Shown piece after piece: positions 18,157 through 26,345 of a stretch of DNA of 64,000 nt. The DNA lies in contig CAAGMR010000016.1 in the NCBI GenBank assembly GCA_900771085.1, forward strand, positions 16,284 through 80,283. Direction: 5' to 3'. The stretch is from Clostridia bacterium. GTDB lineage: Bacteria; Bacillota; Clostridia; Oscillospirales; Acutalibacteraceae. The position numbers and the translations under genes are program-made. The notes below the pieces were generated by a model. The model was not told the DNA's origin. It saw nothing but the letters and a program-made list of their open reading frames with translations, and made no database searches. The stretch's first letter is position 1, and every line of letters starts with the position of its first letter.

Positions 18157-18849
18157 TGTAACAGATGAGTCCTCATCGGAAGAGCCTTTGGCCTCTTCCT
18201 TTGCGAAGCTCATGGCTGACACAGACTCTGTTTCAGCCACAGTTGCATCTTCTGCAGTTTCAGGAGGTGCTTCGCCCGGGTAAGACTCGCTCCATTCCGG
18301 AGCAGCGGTGGTTACCATCTCAGGAAGCGGAAGAGCACCTTCATAGGTAAGATAATTTTCTTTGAGATCATCGAGTACCTGCGGAAGCACAGGCTCAATG
18401 TATGTTGTGTCTGCAGTAGTTGAAAAATGAATCTGGTACTGACGGTCAAGCTTCATTTCCTTTTTGGTAACCAGGGTCTTGTCAATGACCAGGGTGTATG
18501 AGCTTCCGGGAACCAGGCTTTCGTGAGGTGTTATAAACACCTGTTCCTTATAATTGTCCTGCATCTGAGTGTCAGGGAAAATCGTAAGGATTTCAACCGG
18601 CTGGCCATTGCTGTCAAGCAGATGGAAGCAGTTACGGTTATAAGGAAGTACCGTGATGTCGTCGACATTTCCGGTAAAGTCCAGCTGAATGACGACATTG
18701 AGCGGGACGTTTGAATCACCGTCTACGACGGTGGAAGATTTTAAAGAGAATTCGCCGTCACCGGCTGCGAATGCCGGTAAGGCGCTAAAAAGCATAAAAA
18801 GTATTACCAGAATTGGAGTAATACATTTAAGGCGAGTTGAACATTTCAT
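18064..18849 (-). CDS. Secreted protein with signal peptide, Ig-like/beta-sandwich region, E/P/T-rich linker and C-terminal TM anchor
   Basis: Signal peptide ...SALPAFAAGDG; C-terminal LLRIAGIILCLCLLGFGGYF helix; 3' end overlaps convergent upstream gene by 93 nt. Confidence 0.5.
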   Translation of the reverse strand: MKCSTRLKCITPILVILFMLFSALPAFAAGDGEFSLKSSTVVDGDSNVPLNVVIQLDFTGNVDDITVLPYNRNCFHLLDSNGQPVEILTIFPDTQMQDNYKEQVFITPHESLVPGSSYTLVIDKTLVTKKEMKLDRQYQIHFSTTADTTYIEPVLPQVLDDLKENYLTYEGALPLPEMVTTAAPEWSESYPGEAPPETAEDATVAETESVSAMSFAKEEAKGSSDEDSSVTSLLRIAGIILCLCLLGFGGYFTLYKNIGKD

Positions 18850-18912
18850 TGTCTGTCACCGAAGCCTTTACAATTTTTCGACAATGAAAATATAACACAA
18901 AGGAGGGTTAAT

Positions 18913-20841
18913 ATGAAAGTCAAAAGAAGACTTGTGTCGGTTCTTGCCGCAATTGCAATTATCTGCACATGTGTTTTAAACATCTTTGTTTCTGCCGATG
19001 TTACTTATTTTGGCTCAAGCGGAAGCGGTAACAATCCATTTAACCCTCGTGGATTCTTTGTTCAGACGAATGACGGTGGACTGTTCTGGCTCAGTTCAAA
19101 ATTCCGCACGCCTTCGACTTCTGCCGGCGTTGCCGATGCCTTCGGCAACCAGGTGCAATATACCGGAAGCGACTCCGGCCTTGACTATGTTGACGCAGAC
19201 AATGTTTCGGGACTGTTTGCCGAAACAGACAGAAACCCTACACCGGGTTATCAGTACATGGTTGGTTACAGTAAAAAATCTTCAGGCGCAGCCCTGACAC
19301 GAATCAGCGGTTTCTCAAGTCTCATTGCGCAGCCGTCCAGATATTCACAGCACGACCCGAACGGCGACACCGGATGGACCATAAAGATAAATCTTAGTCT
19401 TGAACCTGGTACCGCCTATGAGTTTGCCTTCCTTCGAGGAATGCGTGCAAACAACGGCATAACCTGTGTAATAGCGCCGGACAACAGTGGCTATCTTCGT
19501 ACGCCGCTGAGTGCGGAAGAGCAGGCTTATTATGATTCTCATGCAAATGACGAATATCAGTTCATTCGCTCTGCAACGCCGAACGAAGATGGCAGTATGA
19601 GTCTTTCTTTTGCTCCTATGCGCTATAAAGTTCAGACATATGCCGATGTTTCTGCCTGGAACACAACAAGAGACGAAGTACAGAACTTCCTCAACTCTGT
19701 CAGCGAAGCAGACCTGGAATCAGGAAAATATGTCAGAGAAAATGTTGAATACCTCGCAGGCCTTCTCGAGCAGTACAATTCTCAGGTGGAAGGAACCATA
19801 AAGAGAGAACTTCAGACAGAGGCGGATAATGACATCAACGGACTTATCGCCTCAATCAGTGAGGTTTACGAAAACGCCAGACAGCAGCACCAGACCGGCC
19901 CATCCGACCTCACAAGGTTTAATGAACTCATGCAGGAAGCTCGTGACCTCTATTCAAAAGCAAGTTCCAACATTGGTACAGAAGTCGGTCAGTATGGCGC
20001 CGATGCAGTTGCCAACCTCGGCGGTGTAATCGACAACAGTGAAGACATCAGCATAAGTTCTCCTCAGGGTGAGGTTGATGCGGCTTGCGATGCACTGGAA
20101 CAGGCAATAATAATGGTTAAGGTTTCAAAGGTCAGCGCGGACGAACTCAGATTCTACGACAGCGTAACAGGAATATTTGTTACCGTACCTAGGGGCTCAG
20201 TCCCTGATGACGTAACTCTTTATGTTGGTCAGATAACTCCGGAAGAGTCACTTTATACCGATGTATATGACCTCATGGAGATTAAGCCTGACCAGATGAC
20301 CATATACCAGATTCTGTTCATGCAGGGAATGGAAGTAGTGCCGTTAAATGGAACGGCTTCCATCCAGATTCCTATTTTTGACAATATGGCTCCCGAGCAT
20401 ACAGCCATTAATTACATTAATGACAGTAAGGAATCAACTTATCTTGCCTCAGCTATCGCTTCGGGTATGCACGTGTTCAGAACGGACACTATGGGATATT
20501 TCTCAATTGTTGAGTCCGCCGAGATCGAAATGAGTCTCGACACAGGACTTGGAGAAACCACAGATATCATTAACAGAACCAATTTTGCTCCGAACTTCCA
20601 GCAGTTCCTGAACGGAATGCAGCTTGAGGATGTTCCGGATGAGCAGTTTATTGATTATGAGCCACAGGATGCGCCGCTTAAAGAAAAGCTGCCGGAACCG
20701 AACATCAATCTTGATGGCATCAATAAAAAGATTGACGAGAAAGACGTAATTGTCAGCGGCATTGCTCTTGCCGGCGTCGGCGTTCTTGCCGGCCTTGCAG
20801 AATACGCCAAGAGCAGGAAAAAGGAAGAATCAATCATTTAA
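18913..20841 (+). CDS. Large cell-surface protein (signal peptide, C-terminal TM anchor) heading an ABC importer operon
   Basis: RBS AGGAGG; signal peptide; C-terminal VIVSGIALAGVGVLAGLA helix + KSRKKEE; 20-nt gap to the permease gene. Confidence 0.5.
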   Translation: MKVKRRLVSVLAAIAIICTCVLNIFVSADVTYFGSSGSGNNPFNPRGFFVQTNDGGLFWLSSKFRTPSTSAGVADAFGNQVQYTGSDSGLDYVDADNVSGLFAETDRNPTPGYQYMVGYSKKSSGAALTRISGFSSLIAQPSRYSQHDPNGDTGWTIKINLSLEPGTAYEFAFLRGMRANNGITCVIAPDNSGYLRTPLSAEEQAYYDSHANDEYQFIRSATPNEDGSMSLSFAPMRYKVQTYADVSAWNTTRDEVQNFLNSVSEADLESGKYVRENVEYLAGLLEQYNSQVEGTIKRELQTEADNDINGLIASISEVYENARQQHQTGPSDLTRFNELMQEARDLYSKASSNIGTEVGQYGADAVANLGGVIDNSEDISISSPQGEVDAACDALEQAIIMVKVSKVSADELRFYDSVTGIFVTVPRGSVPDDVTLYVGQITPEESLYTDVYDLMEIKPDQMTIYQILFMQGMEVVPLNGTASIQIPIFDNMAPEHTAINYINDSKESTYLASAIASGMHVFRTDTMGYFSIVESAEIEMSLDTGLGETTDIINRTNFAPNFQQFLNGMQLEDVPDEQFIDYEPQDAPLKEKLPEPNINLDGINKKIDEKDVIVSGIALAGVGVLAGLAEYAKSRKKEESII

Positions 20842-20861
20842 CGAAAGAGAGGTGACGGCCG

Positions 20862-21878
20862 ATGCTTAAAAAACTGAACCCCGCGGTTAAAGTTTTCATA
20901 CTAATCATATTTCCGGTAATATTTTTCTTCGGAACCATTTGTATTGGCCGTTTCAGTGTATCTCTTCTGGAAGTTTTTGAATGTTTAAAGGCAGCCATCA
21001 CAGGAGACATGTCTGCTGTTGACCACAAGACATATACTGTGGTTGTAAATATCAGAGCACAGCGCGCCCTGTCGGGCGTTCTTGTCGGAGCTGCGCTCGC
21101 AGCCTCCGGTGCATGCTTCCAGAGCCTCTTTAGAAACCCACTCGTTTCACCGGGCATGCTCGGTGTATCATCGGGTTCGGGCTTTGGTGCAGCACTCGCA
21201 ATAATTATTTTTGGAACCACAATCTGGTCCACCACATTTTCATTTGCATTTGGCATACTTGCAGTTTTACTCAGCTATATGGTTGGAAAAATAGCTGGCG
21301 GCTCGCCGACGGTAACACTTGTACTCGGCGGAAGCATCATTCAGTCTATTTTCTCGGCTATGCTGTCACTGCTGAAATATCTTGCCGACACAGAATCGCA
21401 GCTGCCGGCAATCACTTTCTGGCTCATGGGCAGCCTTGCTTCAACCAAGGCAACGGACCTGCTTCTTTCAGGTATCCCTATGCTCATCGGCATGGCAGGC
21501 ATGCTTGCCATGCGCTACCGTTTAAATGTACTTTCTATGGGTGACCGCGAGGCGAAGACTCTCGGTCTCAATGTAGGTGCATCAAAAGCCGGAGTTATTG
21601 CCTCAGCCACACTCGCAACCGCAGGAGCGGTAGCTGTCAGTGGCGTAATCGGCTGGGTCGGCCTCATTGTTCCACATATCGGCCGAATGCTTTTCGGAAA
21701 TGACAACCGCTGGCTTATACCGGCAAGCATGTCGGTTGGTGCCTGCTTCATGGTTCTGGTAGATACAATCTGCCGTTCTATTGCAAGTTCCGAAATACCT
21801 CTCGGTATTATCACAGCAATCGTCGGTGGACCGTTCTTCATCTATTTGCTTAGAAAAACGAAAGGCGGTGGATGGTAA
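20862..21878 (+). CDS. FecCD-family ABC transporter permease (iron-chelate/corrinoid type)
   Basis: BtuC/FecCD-like motifs (GAALAASGACFQSLFRNPLVSPGMLGVSSGS). Confidence 0.88.
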   Translation: MLKKLNPAVKVFILIIFPVIFFFGTICIGRFSVSLLEVFECLKAAITGDMSAVDHKTYTVVVNIRAQRALSGVLVGAALAASGACFQSLFRNPLVSPGMLGVSSGSGFGAALAIIIFGTTIWSTTFSFAFGILAVLLSYMVGKIAGGSPTVTLVLGGSIIQSIFSAMLSLLKYLADTESQLPAITFWLMGSLASTKATDLLLSGIPMLIGMAGMLAMRYRLNVLSMGDREAKTLGLNVGASKAGVIASATLATAGAVAVSGVIGWVGLIVPHIGRMLFGNDNRWLIPASMSVGACFMVLVDTICRSIASSEIPLGIITAIVGGPFFIYLLRKTKGGGW

Positions 21879-22706
21879 GTGGAGCGACTTGCAGTAAAAA
21901 ACGCCGCTTTTTCATATAAACAGAAAATCGGAAGAAAAGAAAAAATAGTAAAAGAAGTCTTTGAGGATATCAGCTTTTCCGTAAAGGAAGGAGAAATCCT
22001 TTGCATTGTCGGACCAAACGGCTGCGGCAAGTCCACTCTCATTGACTGCCTTCTGGGTCTCAACAGAATTGATACAGGCGAGATTATCGTTGCAGGAAGA
22101 CCGCTCAAGGAATATAAGCCAAAAGACCTTGCAAGACATCTTGCCTATGTTCCGCAGACTCACAAAATGACTTTCGGCTACAGCGTACTCGACATAGTTA
22201 CAATGGGAAGGACATATGAGGCGCGTATGTTCCAGCCGCCAAGTGTCGAGGAAAAGGAAATGGCATACCGCTGTCTTGAGATGGTAGGCCTCAAAGGTTT
22301 TGAAGAAAGAGACTATAAAAGACTTTCAGGAGGAGAACTTCAGCTGGTTCTCATAGCCAGAGCGTTATGCCAGCAGGCAGAAGTTATCGTCATGGATGAA
22401 CCGACAGCTCACCTTGATTTCCGCCATGAACTGAAAGTCATGGAGATAATCTCAAAGCTTGTAAAAGAAGAGGGAATTACCGTAATTATGGCAACCCACT
22501 TCCTTAACCAGGCATTTTATCTCGAAAATGCCGGAGTGCCGACAAGGGTTGCGCTTATGAACGACAGAAAGTTTGACTGCATGGGCACACCGTCCGAGGT
22601 ACTCACCGAGGACAATCTCGAGAATATTTTCAATATTGTTACTGAAGTTGTCGGAGGAAACGACACCGACAGAAGAAAATACATTATTCCGCTTTACAAT
22701 AAATAG
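21879..22706 (+). CDS. ABC transporter ATP-binding protein (FepC/BtuD-like)
   Basis: Walker A GPNGCGKST, signature LSGGELQ, Walker B VIVMDEP; GTG start overlapping permease stop. Confidence 0.88.
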   Translation: MERLAVKNAAFSYKQKIGRKEKIVKEVFEDISFSVKEGEILCIVGPNGCGKSTLIDCLLGLNRIDTGEIIVAGRPLKEYKPKDLARHLAYVPQTHKMTFGYSVLDIVTMGRTYEARMFQPPSVEEKEMAYRCLEMVGLKGFEERDYKRLSGGELQLVLIARALCQQAEVIVMDEPTAHLDFRHELKVMEIISKLVKEEGITVIMATHFLNQAFYLENAGVPTRVALMNDRKFDCMGTPSEVLTEDNLENIFNIVTEVVGGNDTDRRKYIIPLYNK

Positions 22707-22725
22707 GAGGAAGAATATGCATCTT

Positions 22726-23604
22726 TACATTTGTATCGATGATACGGACAGCAAGACTTCTGAAAAGGGCACAGGCGCGATTGCAGAAGAGCTTATGGAG
22801 ATGGTGGCTGAACGCTTCGGCGCAAAGACCACATATATTACCCGCCACCAGCTTCTCATTCACCCGGATGTGCCTTATACATCTCACAACAGCTCCATGT
22901 GCTTTGAGTGCGATGTACCGGAAGAACATTACGATCAGTTAATAAAAGACTGCTTTGACCATCTTCAAAGAGAGAGCGCTGAGGGATCCGACCCGGGCCT
23001 TTGCGTTGCTGACGCCGCAAAGATGGATACGGACCTTCTCGTAAGGTGGGGTAAGGAATGCAAGCGAAAAGTAGTGACAATAAAAGCTGCATATGAAACT
23101 GCCGAAAAAGCAGGAGTGTACCTCAATGAGGCAGGCGGAACCGGACAGGGCGTCATCGGTGCAGTTGCAGGAATCGGACTCAGATACTGGGGCAACGATG
23201 GTACTCTCAAGGGAAAACCAAAGGATATCGAAGGAAACCATCAGTACACCGCAGGTGAACTGAGAGCAACAAGCCTCATCGAAGATGTTGTCGACATGCA
23301 GGACAACCAGATTCCTGACGGTGACGCAGTTTACCTCGAAAAGAAGCCAAAAATCAGTCTTGTTGGAGGAAAACTGGCTGTAATTGTTGAAAAACAGGAC
23401 GAAAGTGGAGTGTGGCAGCTTCTTGCAAAGAACAAGGCACGCTGGCATGGTGGAGACCTTATCTTTAAAGAAGGCTGTTCAGAGTATAAACGCGACGTTG
23501 AAGAGGAGTGCGTTTCAGCAGATGATAACAACTGCTACAACTGCCTTTACCGTCGCTGGCTTGAAGACGGTATTCTTTGTCAGAAACCATTGGAGGACAA
23601 CTGA
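22726..23604 (+). CDS. Hypothetical protein resembling the TiaS kinase domain (TCKD/DUF1743-like), 292 aa, with C-terminal Cys-rich segment
   Basis: N-terminus MHLYICIDDTDS..., segments HPDVPYTSHNSSMCF and GVIGAVAGIGLRY resemble remembered TiaS motifs (GIDDTDS, NPTIPYKTRGNGAVSF, GLIGALAAVGAEL); RBS AGGAGG; track ORF from 22573 is an upstream extension. Confidence 0.45.
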   Translation, partial: YICIDDTDSKTSEKGTGAIAEELMEMVAERFGAKTTYITRHQLLIHPDVPYTSHNSSMCFECDVPEEHYDQLIKDCFDHLQRESAEGSDPGLCVADAAKMDTDLLVRWGKECKRKVVTIKAAYETAEKAGVYLNEAGGTGQGVIGAVAGIGLRYWGNDGTLKGKPKDIEGNHQYTAGELRATSLIEDVVDMQDNQIPDGDAVYLEKKPKISLVGGKLAVIVEKQDESGVWQLLAKNKARWHGGDLIFKEGCSEYKRDVEEECVSADDNNCYNCLYRRWLEDGILCQKPLEDN

Positions 23605-24698
23605 TGAAAAGAAAAATAGTAGCTGTATTTTTGCTGATTTCAGTAATTGTCTCTCTGTTTTCAATGACGTCATGCAGCAAAAACAAAGTGAAAATAGATG
23701 GTCCGTCAAAGGTTGTAACTGACATTCTTGGAAGAGAAGTTGAAATCCCTGAAGATCCGCAGCGAGTAACATGTATGTACGCTGCAACAGCGCATATGAT
23801 GGCACTCCTCGATGAAGGAGATAAAATCGTAGGCTGCGCAGATGGCGTAAGACGAGACGAACTTATGCTTACAAAGTATCCGGACATTGCAAATACTTCA
23901 ACTCCTTACCATGAAGGCGTAATCAATGTCGAGGAACTGGCGTCTCTTGACCCTGACCTCATTATCATGAAGCAAGAGTGGTATGAGAAGGAATCGGAGC
24001 GCGAAAAGCTCGACGAACTGGGTGTTCCTTACCTTGTTGTAGACTACTTCTCCATTGACCAGCTTCAGCAGTGTATAACAATAATGGGTGAGGTTTTTGA
24101 TAAGCAGGACAAGGCAGCAGAGTATCTGAAATATATGAATGATACCTTCAGTTTCGTTGAAGGCAGGGTTTCCGATATCCCTAAGAATCAGCGAAAGACG
24201 GTTTATCATTCTCTCAATGAGGCTGCCGTAACTGATATCGTAGGTTCATATGCGTCTCAGGTATTTGAAAAAGCAGCGTTGAGAAACGTAGCTGTTGAAG
24301 CAGGTATAGCGGATTCCGGCAAGAGCACCAATGTAACACTTGAAGAGATATACAACTGGGACCCTGATATCATCCTCTGCAATGAATATGCAGTAACAGA
24401 ATATATCGGCACACAGAAAAAATGGGCTTCCCTTAAAGCTGTACAGACCGGCAATGTGCACACATTGCCAATCGGCGCTTCGCGCTGGGGCCATCACGGC
24501 TCTATCGAGCCTCAGATGGCAGTCCTTTACATGTCTCAGCTTATCTATGCCGATAGATTTGCCGACGTTGATATGGCGACAATTACTAAAGAATACTACA
24601 GTCAATATTTCGGCCTCGACTTTGATGACGAGACCATAGGCAAGATTCTCAGCGGTAAAGGAATGAGAGAATCCTCTCCGGCATTATCGCTTTTATGA
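23604..24698 (+). CDS. ABC transporter substrate-binding lipoprotein (TroA/FhuD/BtuF-type periplasmic binding protein)
   Basis: ATGA overlap with upstream stop; lipobox SMTSC; PBP type 8 fold hallmarks. Confidence 0.8.
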   Translation: MKRKIVAVFLLISVIVSLFSMTSCSKNKVKIDGPSKVVTDILGREVEIPEDPQRVTCMYAATAHMMALLDEGDKIVGCADGVRRDELMLTKYPDIANTSTPYHEGVINVEELASLDPDLIIMKQEWYEKESEREKLDELGVPYLVVDYFSIDQLQQCITIMGEVFDKQDKAAEYLKYMNDTFSFVEGRVSDIPKNQRKTVYHSLNEAAVTDIVGSYASQVFEKAALRNVAVEAGIADSGKSTNVTLEEIYNWDPDIILCNEYAVTEYIGTQKKWASLKAVQTGNVHTLPIGASRWGHHGSIEPQMAVLYMSQLIYADRFADVDMATITKEYYSQYFGLDFDDETIGKILSGKGMRESSPALSLL

Positions 24699-24802
24699 TT
24701 GTAAATAAATGTTGAATATTTTGCCGTCGTATTGCTACCAGAATTATGAAATGGTAAAATTTTAACGTTCATTTAAATATTTTTTGAAAGAAGGAAATAA
24801 AA

Positions 24803-26158
24803 ATGGCAAAAACTCGTAATAAGTTTATGGCGCTTTTAGTTTCAATCGTAATGCTCTTCTCCCTCGCTTCAGTCGGAGTACTTGCAGCCGGTGGAAACTC
24901 CGGCCTACAGACAAACTATCTTGGAACAGGCTTCCAGATGCGTATTGTGAACCCTGACATCACAATGGAAAATGAAGGCGGCACTTATGAAATCAAAGAT
25001 GCTTACACATCTTGCGAAGACATTCAGCTTCTTCTCGGCTTTAACCCTTGCGGCAGCCAGAAGACATTTATCGGTTCATTTGCTCCATCTGAGCTTGTTT
25101 ACATTGCAGACGGTGAAGACGTAATCGCAACTCTTGGCGATGAAAGCGGAGTTCTTACAATGTCAGAAATTAACAAGACTCCGGAAACTTCTGAGTTTAG
25201 CAACTATTGTGAAGCAACTCTTACAATTAAGACATCTGAACTTGAAGCAGATAAGACATATACACTTCATTTTGACAAGGACTGGTCTTCTCCACAGCCA
25301 AAGGCTCTTGGCGCATCTGCAGATGTTACTATCTCAACAGAAGGTCTCAAGCATCAGTATGGCGAAGATGGCATCTGCACAGTATGTGGTAGAGAAGCAT
25401 TTAGCGGTATTGCTTTGATGGAAGATGGCAGAATCGCATATGTTATTAATGACGAAGTAGCTACTGACTTCACAGGTCTTGTAGACATTGAAGTTGAAGA
25501 TGAAAATGGTGAAGTTGTACCTGTAAAGGTTTACATCGTTGACGGCTACATGGCAGAAGACTTTACTGGTTTCGTTGAACTCGAAAACGGTGAACTCTGG
25601 TATGTTACTGAAGGCGAAGTAGACTATGACGTAACAGATATCGTTGAATATTCTGAAGGCATTTGGGTTTATGTTGAAAACAATCTCTTCACAGAAGTAA
25701 ATTCCATCAAGGAAAACCAGTATGGCTGGTGGAAGCTCACTGATGGTATCGTTGATTTCGATTACACAGGCATAGCTGAAAACGAGTATGGCTGGTGGAG
25801 AATCGTTAACGGCGGCGTAGACTTCAGTGCTTATGGTGTATTCGAAAATGAATACGGCTGGTGGTACGTAAAAGACGGTGCTGTAGACTTTAACTACAAC
25901 GGTATCGCAGCCAACGAATATGGCTGGTGGAAGATCGTTAACGGTGGCGTTGACTTCAGTGCACATGGCGTATTCCAGAACGAATGGGGCTGGTGGTATG
26001 TTGACAACGGCTGCGTTGATTTCTCATACAACGGCATAGCTTCCAACGAATGGGGCTCATGGTACATCAAGAACGGCCAGGTTAACTTTGACTACTCAGG
26101 CAAAATCACAGTAGGTGGCCAGAAGTACACAGTACAGAATGGCCAGGTTGTAGCATAA
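24803..26158 (+). CDS. Secreted protein with C-terminal cell-wall-binding (choline-binding-type, PF01473) repeats
   Basis: Signal peptide; ~10 tandem 20-aa repeats NEYGWWxIxNGxVDF. Confidence 0.75.
   Translation: MAKTRNKFMALLVSIVMLFSLASVGVLAAGGNSGLQTNYLGTGFQMRIVNPDITMENEGGTYEIKDAYTSCEDIQLLLGFNPCGSQKTFIGSFAPSELVYIADGEDVIATLGDESGVLTMSEINKTPETSEFSNYCEATLTIKTSELEADKTYTLHFDKDWSSPQPKALGASADVTISTEGLKHQYGEDGICTVCGREAFSGIALMEDGRIAYVINDEVATDFTGLVDIEVEDENGEVVPVKVYIVDGYMAEDFTGFVELENGELWYVTEGEVDYDVTDIVEYSEGIWVYVENNLFTEVNSIKENQYGWWKLTDGIVDFDYTGIAENEYGWWRIVNGGVDFSAYGVFENEYGWWYVKDGAVDFNYNGIAANEYGWWKIVNGGVDFSAHGVFQNEWGWWYVDNGCVDFSYNGIASNEWGSWYIKNGQVNFDYSGKITVGGQKYTVQNGQVVA
25715..26155 (+). repeat. Tandem 60-nt coding repeats (cell-wall-binding repeat array) in CWB protein 1
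   Basis: Periodic YGWW motifs at DNA and protein level. Confidence 0.7.
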
Positions 26159-26187
26159 GATCAGCAAATTACTTTAATAAAACAACA

Positions 26188-26222
26188 AGAGCCTTCGGCC
26201 AAAATGGCCGGAGGCTTTTTTG
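26188..26222 (+). terminator. Rho-independent terminator after CWB protein 1
   Basis: GCCTTCGGCC-aaaat-GGCCGGAGGC hairpin + T7. Confidence 0.6.
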
Positions 26223-26297
26223 CAATGTTCAATTTTCGTTTGATTATTACGGGCTCGAAGTATATAATAATTTTACTATTTGAGTAATAATAAAAGA

Positions 26298-26325
26298 GGT
26301 CGGGGAATTAATCCCCGGCCTTTTT
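26298..26325 (+). promoter_or_regulatory. Second hairpin + T-tract 20 nt upstream of CWB protein 2 RBS (terminator or leader attenuator)
   Basis: GGTCGGGGA-attaa-TCCCCGGCC + TTTTT. Confidence 0.4.
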
Positions 26326-26345
26326 GAGATAAAAAGGAGGCAACT

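Noticed and set aside
22573-22725. N-terminal extension of the TCKD-like ORF overlapping the ABC ATPase
   Set aside because: A strong RBS (AGGAGG) precedes the internal ATG at 22726 and the extension overlaps the ATPase 3' end by 134 nt; the real start is 22726.
25334-25966. 210-aa antisense ORF (and 27441-28040, 199 aa) within the CWB repeat arrays
   Set aside because: Generated by the periodic repeat DNA; the translation is repeat-derived nonsense with no start signals, whereas the sense-strand frames give canonical YGWW repeats.
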